A stretch of DNA of 64,000 nucleotides. Origin: Geminicoccus sp. GTDB taxonomy: Bacteria > Pseudomonadota > Alphaproteobacteria > Geminicoccales > Geminicoccaceae. Of this stretch, positions 16,880-24,576 are shown one piece after another. Location: NCBI RefSeq assembly GCF_035556675.1, contig NZ_DATMFZ010000308.1, positions 128 to 64,127 of the forward strand, written 5' to 3'. The stretch's first letter is position 1, and each line of letters opens with the position of its first letter. The notes beneath the pieces are model-generated. The model saw nothing but the letters and a program-made list of their open reading frames with translations, did not search any database and was not told where the DNA came from. The position numbers were made by a program, and so were the translations under genes.

Positions 16880-19800
16880 TGACCCAGCCCGCCATCGAGG
16901 TCCAGAACCTCGGCAAGAGCTATGTCCTCAACCGCAAGAGCGGCGAGGCAGCCAACCGCACCGTCTGGGTCCTGAACGACATCTCGTTCAAGGCCGAGCC
17001 CGGCGACGTGATCGGCATCATCGGCAAGAACGGGGCCGGCAAGTCCACCCTGCTCAAGATCCTGGCCCGGATCACCGAGCCCACGCGCGGCAAGGCGATC
17101 ATCCGCGGCCGGGTCGCCAGCCTGCTCGAGGTCGGCACCGGCTTCCACGACGAGCTGTCGGGCCGCGAGAACGTGTTCATGAACGGCACGCTGCTGGGCA
17201 TGACCCCCACCGAGGTGCGCAAGCGCTTCGATGAGATCGTCGCCTTCTCCGGGGTCGAGCGCTACATCGACCAGCCGGTGAAGCACTACAGCTCGGGCAT
17301 GCGGGTGCGCCTGGCCTTCTCGGTCGCGGCCCATCTCGACCCGGAGGTCATGTTCATCGACGAGGTGCTCTCGGTCGGCGACATGGAGTTCCAGGACCGC
17401 TGCCTGAAGCGGATGAACCAGCTCACCACCGAGTTCGGCCGCACCGTCCTGTTCGTCAGCCACAACATGAACGCGGTGGCGACCCTGTGCCCCCGCGCCC
17501 TGCTCCTGAACCAGGGCAAGTGCGTGGCGCTGGGTCCGACCGGCGAGGTCATCAAGCAGTATCACGGCCTGGTCCACGGCATCAAAGAGAAGCGGGGCCT
17601 GGCCGAGCGCGAGGACCGTACCGGTGCCGGCGGCGTGCGCTTCCTGGAGGTCCAGATCCAGGACGGCAGCGGCAAGCCGGTCGAGTTCGCCCGTTCCGGT
17701 ACGCCGCTGCGCCTGGCGCTGCGCTACCGCTTCGACGCCGATACCCCCTTGAGCGACCGGGTGACGCTCAACGTCGCCTTCAACAATGCCCGCGGCCAGC
17801 GGCTGTTCGCGACGCCCTCGGACCTGATGGGCAAGGTGGACGGCAAGGTCGCGCGCGAGGGCTGGTGCTTCGTCGAGATCCCCAAGCTGCCGCTGATGCC
17901 CGGCCGCTACGAGATCGACATCGCCTTCCAGATCGACCGGCTGACCCTGGACAAGGTCGCGGGTGCCGCGGTGGTGCCGGTGGTGGAGGGGCCGTTCTAT
18001 CCGACCAACCGGCTGCCCAACAGCCTCTCGGGCGACCTGCTGGTGGACTATGAGTGGTCCCTGTCGACCGGAGCCAGCCTGCCGGCCAAGCCGAAGCCCA
18101 AGCCGGCGCCGGCCCGCGTGGAGGTCGGCAAGGAGCCGATCGCCGGGCAGCTCCAGGCGATGGCGGCACCGGTCAATGTCCTGGAAAAGAATGCCCGCGA
18201 GCTGCTGGAACAGGCCGTGCCCGAGGCGGACCGGCATCAGCAGCTGACCGGCGAGGCCGAGGCGGGCGAAGCCCGGCTGGCGGCGCTGCGTTCCCTCCTG
18301 CCTGCCGGCGATGACGCCAGCCTGCAGGTCGCCGACCGGCTGGCCGCCGCGTTCGGCCGCATCCGGCGCCACCTCGCCGAGGCGGAGCTGGCGGCACTGC
18401 TGGGCGTGGCCGTGCCGGCCGTGGTCCATGAACGCGGCCTGCCGGTCGACGACCCGCGCATCGCCATGCGTGACCAGCCGGGACCGGCCATCGCGGAGTT
18501 CGGCAAGCCGGTCGTGGGCCTCGCCGCCTTCGTCAACCAGGCCATGGCCGCCTGGCAGAGCCAGGAGCGCCAGCGCCAGCGCCAGGCCCTGGAGATCATA
18601 GCGGCGCGCGCCAGCGCCTATCTGGAACGGGCCGATGCCATTCTGGCCCGGGCACCCGAGGACCCGACCGGCCAGAACGTCCACCGGCAGGTGACGACCC
18701 GGCTGCGCGAGATCCTGCACCACGTCGCATTCCTTCAGGCGGCCCCGGCGGACGCCACGCCCGAGGACCTGAAGCGCAGCTGGCTGAGGGCCAGGGCCGC
18801 GCGGGAGGAGGTGCTGCGCGCGCCCAGCGAGGTGCCGGACCAGCCGAATCAGCCGCTCCAGACCCGGCTGGCCCGGATCGCCCCGGCGGTGAACGCGCTG
18901 GAGAAGGCGAGCGCCGCACTGGTGACCCAGGCCCAGCCGATCGATCCGGCGCGCCATGGCCAGCTGCGGCAGTGGGCGGAAGGTTTCGCCGGGCGGGTGG
19001 CCGCCCTGCGCGCCCAGGCCGGCGAGAGCGATCACCACCCGATCCGGATGGCCGGCGAGCTGGCCGCGGCGCTGGGCCGGGCGCGGCAGAACCTGGACGA
19101 TGTCGAACTCCCGATGCTGCTGGGGGTGCCGGTGCCGGGCGGTGGCCTGGGCCGCGACCTCGCCGCAGACGATCCGCGGCTGGCGGAGCGCGCCACGGCA
19201 GGCGCCACCATCGCCGAGTTCTCCCGCCCGGCGGTGCTGCTCACCGAGCATGTCGAGCATGCCCTGGCCCATTGGCAGGGCAGCGACCCGCAGCGCCAGG
19301 CCATGGCGATCGTCGCGGGACGGGCGCGCGGCTTCCTGGCCCGCGCGGACGAGCTTCTGGCGAGTGCTGCGGCCGATACCGATGCGATCGATGTCCACAA
19401 CCAGGTGACGCTCCGGCTGAAGGACGTGCTGGACTGGGCGGAATACCTGCGCAATGCACCAGCCGGTGCGGGGGCCGGCGCGGAACCCCTGTTCGCCGCT
19501 TGGCAGAGGGCCTCGCGGGTGCGCGAGCTGCACCTCTCGCAGATCTTCCAGGGCATCGAGGCGGTGAGCGTGCCGATCGGCGCCATCAACCAGGAAAGCG
19601 CCCACGAGAACCAGGTCGACCTGCTCTATGTCTCGGCGATCGCCAAGGCGATCGGGGCTAGGCGGATGTTCGAGGTCGGCACCTATATGGGCCGCACCAC
19701 CTGGCATCTGGCGGCGCTCGCCCCCGACGTGCAGGTATGGACCCTGAACCTGCCGCCGGAGGCCGATCCGCGCATCGCACCCGTGCTGGGCTCCTATTAC

Positions 19801-20148
19801 CGCGGCAAGCCGGAGGCGGCCCGGATCCACGAGCTGTGGACCGACAGCAAGACCTTCGAGCCCGGCGAGCTGGCCGGCACGATGGACTTCGTGTTCGTCG
19901 ATGCCGATCACAGCTACGACGCGGTCATGGCCGACACCGAGCGCGCCCTGAAGCTGGTACGGCCCGGCGGGGTGGTGCTCTGGCACGACTATGCCGCGAA
20001 ATCGCCGGGCGTGGTGCGCTTCGCCCACGATTTCGCAAAGGCGCGGCCGCTGTTCCGGATCAAGCACACCTGCCTGCTCTGCCTGATCGAGGGTGTGGAT
20101 GCGGAGAGTTTCCAGCCCTACCCGATGCGCCGCGGCCTGGGCGACTGA
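16879..20148 (+). CDS. wzt: Wzt-type polysaccharide ABC ATPase fused to Wzt_C-like carbohydrate-binding domain, duplicated helical spacer and C-terminal SAM methyltransferase
   Basis: The ATG at 16879 overlaps the wzm TGA by 1 nt. Walker A is GKNGAGKST, the signature is YSSGMRVRLAF, Walker B is VMFIDEVLSVGD and the H-loop is FVSHN. Next comes GVRFLEVQIQDG...GRYEIDIAF (beta-sandwich, Wzt_C-like) and a PKPKPAP linker. Then there are two homologous ~230-aa repeats. The C-terminal part has FEVGTYMGRTT...FVFVDADHSY...GGVVLWHDY, which is Methyltransf_24-like. Confidence 0.9.
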   Translation: MTQPAIEVQNLGKSYVLNRKSGEAANRTVWVLNDISFKAEPGDVIGIIGKNGAGKSTLLKILARITEPTRGKAIIRGRVASLLEVGTGFHDELSGRENVFMNGTLLGMTPTEVRKRFDEIVAFSGVERYIDQPVKHYSSGMRVRLAFSVAAHLDPEVMFIDEVLSVGDMEFQDRCLKRMNQLTTEFGRTVLFVSHNMNAVATLCPRALLLNQGKCVALGPTGEVIKQYHGLVHGIKEKRGLAEREDRTGAGGVRFLEVQIQDGSGKPVEFARSGTPLRLALRYRFDADTPLSDRVTLNVAFNNARGQRLFATPSDLMGKVDGKVAREGWCFVEIPKLPLMPGRYEIDIAFQIDRLTLDKVAGAAVVPVVEGPFYPTNRLPNSLSGDLLVDYEWSLSTGASLPAKPKPKPAPARVEVGKEPIAGQLQAMAAPVNVLEKNARELLEQAVPEADRHQQLTGEAEAGEARLAALRSLLPAGDDASLQVADRLAAAFGRIRRHLAEAELAALLGVAVPAVVHERGLPVDDPRIAMRDQPGPAIAEFGKPVVGLAAFVNQAMAAWQSQERQRQRQALEIIAARASAYLERADAILARAPEDPTGQNVHRQVTTRLREILHHVAFLQAAPADATPEDLKRSWLRARAAREEVLRAPSEVPDQPNQPLQTRLARIAPAVNALEKASAALVTQAQPIDPARHGQLRQWAEGFAGRVAALRAQAGESDHHPIRMAGELAAALGRARQNLDDVELPMLLGVPVPGGGLGRDLAADDPRLAERATAGATIAEFSRPAVLLTEHVEHALAHWQGSDPQRQAMAIVAGRARGFLARADELLASAAADTDAIDVHNQVTLRLKDVLDWAEYLRNAPAGAGAGAEPLFAAWQRASRVRELHLSQIFQGIEAVSVPIGAINQESAHENQVDLLYVSAIAKAIGARRMFEVGTYMGRTTWHLAALAPDVQVWTLNLPPEADPRIAPVLGSYYRGKPEAARIHELWTDSKTFEPGELAGTMDFVFVDADHSYDAVMADTERALKLVRPGGVVLWHDYAAKSPGVVRFAHDFAKARPLFRIKHTCLLCLIEGVDAESFQPYPMRRGLGD
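18160..19540 (+). repeat. in-frame tandem duplication of a ~220-240-aa helical module inside wzt
   Basis: Copy 1 (~18160-18877) reads APVNVLEKNARELL...RLAAAFGRIRRHLAEAELAALLGVAVP...DDPRIA...IAEFGKPVV...ERADAILA...VHRQVTTRLREIL. Copy 2 (~18878-19540) reads APAVNALEKASAAL...ELAAALGRARQNLDDVELPMLLGVPVP...DDPRLA...IAEFSRPAV...ARADELLA...VHNQVTLRLKDVL. I aligned them by eye and the boundaries are approximate. Confidence 0.7.
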
Positions 20149-20303
20149 CCATGACGACAGCCGGTCTTCCTCGACAGGATCGTCCATGACAGTTGTTCGA
20201 GGCCGTTCAGGACGCTACCAGATCGCACCCGCGACGCGCCCAGATTTCGTGCAGACAGGAAGCCGCGACGCGGTTGCGCCGTTCGCCTTGCTTGGAGTGG
20301 TCG

Positions 20304-21359
20304 ATGTCTCGTGAGCTCGTCATCGCCGGTCGGCGCATCGCCGATGATACCGATACCTATGTGATCGCCGAGGTGGGACACAACCACCAGGGCAGCGTCG
20401 AGAAGTGCAAGGAAATGATCGACGCCGCGGTCGCGTGCGGCTGCGACGCGGTGAAGCTGCAGAAGCGCGAGAACCGCTCGCTGTTCACCAAGTCGATGTA
20501 CGAGAGCAGCTACAACTCCGAGAATGCCTTCGGCTCGACCTATGGCGAGCATCGCGAGGCCCTGGAGTTCGACGACAAGCAGTATGTCGAGCTGGCGAAC
20601 TACTGCAAGCAGAAGGGCATCGCCTTCTTCTCGACCGCGTTCGACTTCGAGAGCGCCGATTTCCTGAACGCGCTGGACATGCCGGCCTTCAAGATCGCGT
20701 CCGGCGACATCATCAACACGCCGCTGCTCGAATATGTCGCGAAGCTCGGCAAGCCGATGATCGTGTCCACCGGTGGCGCCACCATGGACGACGTGAAGCG
20801 GGCCTACGAGACGATCATGCCGATCAACCGGCAGCTCGCGATCCTGCAGTGCACCGCGGGCTACCCGCCGGCCTGGGAGGAGCTGAACCTCCGGGTGATC
20901 GAGACCTTCCGTAACGCCTTCCCCGACATCGTGATCGGCTTCTCCAGCCACGATTCCGGGATCGCCATGCCGCTGCTCGGCTACGCGCTGGGCTCGCGCA
21001 TGGTGGAGAAGCACTTCACCCTCGACCGGACCATGAAGGGCACCGACCACGCCTTCTCCCTGGAGCCGGTCGGCATGCGCAAGCTGGTGCGTGACCTCAA
21101 GCGCGCCCGGGTCGCCATGGGCGACGGGGTGAAGAAGCAGTACCCGTCGGAAGAGAAGCCGCTGTTCAAGATGGCGAAGAAGCTGGTGGCTGCCCGCGAC
21201 CTGCCAGCGGGCCATGTGCTGACCCGCGAAGACATCGCAATCAAGTCGCCGAACGACGGCCTGCCGCCGCACCAGATGAACGTGGTGATCGGCCAGAAGC
21301 TGACGGCGGCGCTGGCAGCGGACGACAACATCACGCTCGAAGGCCTCGCCCGTGCGTGA
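20304..21359 (+). CDS. NeuB-family ulosonic/nonulosonic acid synthase (N-acetylneuraminate synthase family, with SAF domain)
   Basis: The ATG at 20304 follows a GGAG. YVIAEVGHNHQGS, AVKLQKR, FKIASGDI and ILQCTAGYP are present, plus a C-terminal SAF-like domain. Substrate specificity cannot be read from the sequence. Confidence 0.9.
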   Translation: MSRELVIAGRRIADDTDTYVIAEVGHNHQGSVEKCKEMIDAAVACGCDAVKLQKRENRSLFTKSMYESSYNSENAFGSTYGEHREALEFDDKQYVELANYCKQKGIAFFSTAFDFESADFLNALDMPAFKIASGDIINTPLLEYVAKLGKPMIVSTGGATMDDVKRAYETIMPINRQLAILQCTAGYPPAWEELNLRVIETFRNAFPDIVIGFSSHDSGIAMPLLGYALGSRMVEKHFTLDRTMKGTDHAFSLEPVGMRKLVRDLKRARVAMGDGVKKQYPSEEKPLFKMAKKLVAARDLPAGHVLTREDIAIKSPNDGLPPHQMNVVIGQKLTAALAADDNITLEGLARA

Positions 21360-22170
21360 TCCGCTGTTCGACCTGGCCGGGCGCGTCGTGATCGTCACCG
21401 GCGCGCTGGGCCAGCTCGGCAGCGCCTATGCGGCAGCCTTGGTGGAGAGGGGGGCGAAGGTCGCCCTCCTCGATCGTCATGACGACATTTCCCACCTGCC
21501 GGCCGGCCTGCAACAGGCGTGCGCCGATGGCCGCGCCCTGGCCCTGGCGGCGGACGTCACCGACCGGGAGGCCCTCCAGGCAGCGCTGCGGCGGATCGAG
21601 GACCGGCTCGGCACCCCCTCCGGCCTGATCGCCAACGCGGCGCTGGACAGCCCGCCGAATGCGCCTGCGTCGGAGAACGGGCCGTTCGAGGACTACCCGG
21701 TCGAATCGTTCCGCAAGGTGCTGGACGTCAACGTCACCGGCGTCATGCTGTGCTGCCAGGTGTTCGGCGGCGCCATGGCGAAGGCCGGCCAGGGCTCGAT
21801 CGTGCTGATCGGCTCGATCTACGGCGTGGTCTCGCCCGACCAGTCGATCTACGAGTACCGGCGCAGCGAGACCGAGACCTTCTTCAAGCCGGTGGCCTAT
21901 TCGGCCAGCAAGTCGGCGCTCTACAACCTGACCCGCTATCTCGCGACCTACTGGGCGGGCAAGGGCGTGCGGGTGAACAGCGTGACGCTGGCCGGCGTGT
22001 TCGCCGACCAGGACCCGCGCTTTCTCGAAGGCTACCTGAAGAAGATGCCGCTCGGCCGGATGGCGGAGCCTGACGACTATGTCGGGATCATGGTCTATCT
22101 GCTCTCCGACGCATCGCGCTATGCGACGGGCGCCGAGTTCCGCATCGACGGGGGCTGGACCGCCTGGTGA
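21352..22170 (+). CDS. SDR family oxidoreductase
   Basis: The GTG start overlaps the end of the NeuB-family gene by 8 nt. VIVTGALGQLG is the TGxxxGxG motif and YSASKSAL is YxxxK. Confidence 0.85.
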   Translation: MRDPLFDLAGRVVIVTGALGQLGSAYAAALVERGAKVALLDRHDDISHLPAGLQQACADGRALALAADVTDREALQAALRRIEDRLGTPSGLIANAALDSPPNAPASENGPFEDYPVESFRKVLDVNVTGVMLCCQVFGGAMAKAGQGSIVLIGSIYGVVSPDQSIYEYRRSETETFFKPVAYSASKSALYNLTRYLATYWAGKGVRVNSVTLAGVFADQDPRFLEGYLKKMPLGRMAEPDDYVGIMVYLLSDASRYATGAEFRIDGGWTAW

Positions 22171-22187
22171 CGTGTCGGCCGACTTTG

Positions 22188-22207
22188 TGCTAGCATTCAT
22201 GCTAGCA
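22188..22207. promoter_or_regulatory. perfect 20-bp palindrome, candidate antitoxin operator
   Basis: TGCTAGCATTCATGCTAGCA has 9-bp arms and a 2-nt centre. It ends 17 nt upstream of the vapB ATG and just 5' of its GGAGG RBS. Confidence 0.5.
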
Positions 22208-22224
22208 GCGGTCGGAGGTGACTC

Positions 22225-22476
22225 ATGGCGACGATCCTGGTGCGCAATGTCGATGACGCGGTGGTCGAGCGCCTCAAGGCGCAGGCGAAGGAGCACGGCC
22301 GGTCGATGGAAGCCGAGGTCCGTGCGCTACTGACCGAGGCGGCAGGTCCACCAGGGGACCTCACTGGTGAGGCACTATGGGAGTTTCTGCGCAGCGGTCC
22401 GAAGGTGACTGAGGACTTCGAACTGGACATCCCTGACGACTACTCGATCCCTCCGAACCCGTTCGAAGACGAATGA
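22225..22476 (+). CDS. vapB: ribbon-helix-helix antitoxin (FitA/VapB, Arc/plasmid-stability type)
   Basis: MATILVRNVDDAVVERLKAQAKEHGRSMEAEVRALL is a typical RHH N-terminus. The product is 83 aa. Its stop overlaps the toxin ATG (ATGA). Confidence 0.85.
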   Translation: MATILVRNVDDAVVERLKAQAKEHGRSMEAEVRALLTEAAGPPGDLTGEALWEFLRSGPKVTEDFELDIPDDYSIPPNPFEDE

Positions 22477-22907
22477 ACTACATCCTCGACACCAACGTCG
22501 TGTCGGAGATGATGCGACCTCAGCCTGACGTCCATGTGCATAGCTGGGTAACCCGAAAGGTACTTTCACAGCTTTTCGTTACGGCGACGACGATCAACGA
22601 GATCACCTTCGGCCTTCAACGTCTGCCTGCGGGACGTCGTCGGCAGGAACTTCAGGTCCACCTGAATGATCTGGTCAATCGACGCTTCGCGGGCCGGATA
22701 TTGCCGTTCGACAAGGCAGCTGCTGTACGCTGTGGCGAGATCCGTGCTGCAGCAATGATGCGTGGCCGTCCCGCAGGATTTGCCGATGCGGAGATCGCCG
22801 CCGTCGCACTTACCCATTCCATGACCGTCGCCACCCGCGACCTGGACGACTTCGCCGTGTTCGGCGTTCCCCTCGTCGACCCGTTCGATCCGAAGGCAGT
22901 AGCATGA
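22473..22907 (+). CDS. vapC: type II toxin, PIN-domain ribonuclease (VapC/FitB)
   Basis: MNYILDTNVVSE carries the first PIN acidic residue. ATRDLDDF and the 144-aa length also fit. Confidence 0.9.
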   Translation: MNYILDTNVVSEMMRPQPDVHVHSWVTRKVLSQLFVTATTINEITFGLQRLPAGRRRQELQVHLNDLVNRRFAGRILPFDKAAAVRCGEIRAAAMMRGRPAGFADAEIAAVALTHSMTVATRDLDDFAVFGVPLVDPFDPKAVA

Positions 22908-24370
22908 CGACCATCCCCGGCACCCTGGACAATCATATCGGCGGCCGCGAGGTCCCGGCGCGCAGCGGCGAGCGGATCCAGAAGTTCGACCCGTACACGG
23001 GCAAGCTGCAGTCGCAGATCGCGCGCTCGTCCGCCGCCGATGTCGACGATGCGGTCCAGGCCGCGAAGGCGGCGCAGCCGGGCTGGGCTGCCGTGCCGGC
23101 GGTGCAGCGCGGACAGATCCTGCACCGGATCGCCAACATCATGGAGGCGAGGGCCGACGAGTTCGGCGCGGTGGTGGCGGCCGAGACCGGCAAGTCGCTG
23201 AAGGAAGGCAAGGGCGAGGTCGGTGCGGCCGTGCAGTGCGCGCGGTTCTTCGCGGGCGAGGGGCAGCGCCTGTTCGGCCGGACCATCCCCTCGGGCACGG
23301 CGGGCAAGCTCAACCTGACAGTGCGCACGCCGGCCGGTGTCGCCGGGCTGATCATCGCGGCCAACACGCCGGCTGCCAACGTCGCCTGGAAGGTCTTCCC
23401 GGCGCTGATCTGCGGCAACGGCGTGGTGCTCAAGGCGGCGGAGGACACGCCGTTCACGGCGGGCTGGGTCGCCCGGGCGGCCGCGGAAGCCGGCCTGCCG
23501 GCCGGCGTGCTCAACGTCGTGCACGGCCTGGGTGCCGAGGCCGGCGAGCCGCTGGTGCTGCACGACGCGGTGGACGTGGTGAGCTTCACCGGCTCGACCC
23601 GGGTCGGCCGGCGGCTGGCGGAGCTGGCGGGTGCCCGGCTGAAGAAGATCAGTCTGGAGCTCGGCGGCAAGAACCCGTTCGTGGTGATGGACGACGCTGA
23701 CCTCGACAAGGCGGTGCGCTGGGCGGTGCTCTCGGCCTTCAGCAATGCCGGCCAGCGCTGCGCTGCCGGCAGCCGGATCATCCTGCACGCGCCGATCTAC
23801 GACGCGTTCGCCCAGAAGTTCGTGGCGGCCACCCGGGCGCTCAGGCTCGGCAACGGTGATGGCGACGACCTGGGTCCGGTCATCAACGCGCGGCAGCTCG
23901 CCAACATGCAGGCGGCGGTGGACCGGGCCAGGGAGCGGGGAGCCCGGGTGCTGGCCGGCGGCGCCCGTGCCGATGCGCCGGAACTCGCGGCGGGCTTCTT
24001 CATGATGCCCACCATCCTGGAAGGTGTGGCCGCCGAGGACGAACTCACCCACTCGGAGCTGTTCGGGCCGATCACCTGCCTGTACCGGGCGGACGGCTTC
24101 GAGCATGCGCTGGAACTGGCCAACGGAACCGCCTATGGCCTGACGGCCTGCATCCATACCCGCTCCTTCGACCGAGCCTTCCTGTTCTGCGAGCGGGTGC
24201 GCGCAGGCGTGGCAGTGATCAATGCCGGCACCCATGGCAGCGAGGCGCATATGCCATTCGGTGGTCGCGGCCTTTCCGGAAACGGCACACGAGAACCCGG
24301 AACCGAGGCGCTGGACATCTACAGCGAACTCAAGAACATCGCTGTGAACATCGATCCTTCCGGAACCTGA
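22904..24370 (+). CDS. NAD(P)-dependent aldehyde dehydrogenase family protein
   Basis: The product is 488 aa. LELGGKNP, the FSNAGQRCAAGSR catalytic Cys region and EELFGP-like SELFGP are present. The ATG overlaps the vapC stop (ATGA). Confidence 0.9.
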   Translation: MTTIPGTLDNHIGGREVPARSGERIQKFDPYTGKLQSQIARSSAADVDDAVQAAKAAQPGWAAVPAVQRGQILHRIANIMEARADEFGAVVAAETGKSLKEGKGEVGAAVQCARFFAGEGQRLFGRTIPSGTAGKLNLTVRTPAGVAGLIIAANTPAANVAWKVFPALICGNGVVLKAAEDTPFTAGWVARAAAEAGLPAGVLNVVHGLGAEAGEPLVLHDAVDVVSFTGSTRVGRRLAELAGARLKKISLELGGKNPFVVMDDADLDKAVRWAVLSAFSNAGQRCAAGSRIILHAPIYDAFAQKFVAATRALRLGNGDGDDLGPVINARQLANMQAAVDRARERGARVLAGGARADAPELAAGFFMMPTILEGVAAEDELTHSELFGPITCLYRADGFEHALELANGTAYGLTACIHTRSFDRAFLFCERVRAGVAVINAGTHGSEAHMPFGGRGLSGNGTREPGTEALDIYSELKNIAVNIDPSGT

Positions 24371-24576
24371 GCAGCCGCATCCTTGGCGACACAGGAGCCT
24401 GTTCTTCCAGGAGTGTGATGCTTCAGCCTGATTGAACCCTTTCGGGCGGTCATCTATCGTCCTGGTAGTTTCGGATCAGGGCTGTTCACCCAGTCCAGAG
24501 CACCAGCCAGGCCGTCACCGGCCCGGGCATGTGCGGTTCCGCAACGCAGACGCCTGGATTTCGGGGAAGCGACAGC

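Noticed and set aside
16825-20187. Very long ORFs antisense to, or out of frame with, recognisable genes. Examples are 16825..20187(-), 37882..41652(-), 29960..32779(-), 42859..45168(-), 58887..61247(-), 4858..6162(+), 8657..10321(+) and 26345..27535(+).
   Set aside because: Their translations are monotonous Arg/Gly/Pro/Ala/His/Asp strings with no motifs. Each one shadows a gene with clear family signatures on the other strand or frame. This is the expected artefact of ~70% GC DNA, where stop codons are rare in all frames.
22225-22907. The possibility that the vapBC pair marks a larger phage-defence or mobile island.
   Set aside because: I see no integrase, transposase, nuclease/helicase/ATPase defence genes, tRNA target or direct repeats on either side. 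The neighbours are ordinary glycan and metabolic genes.
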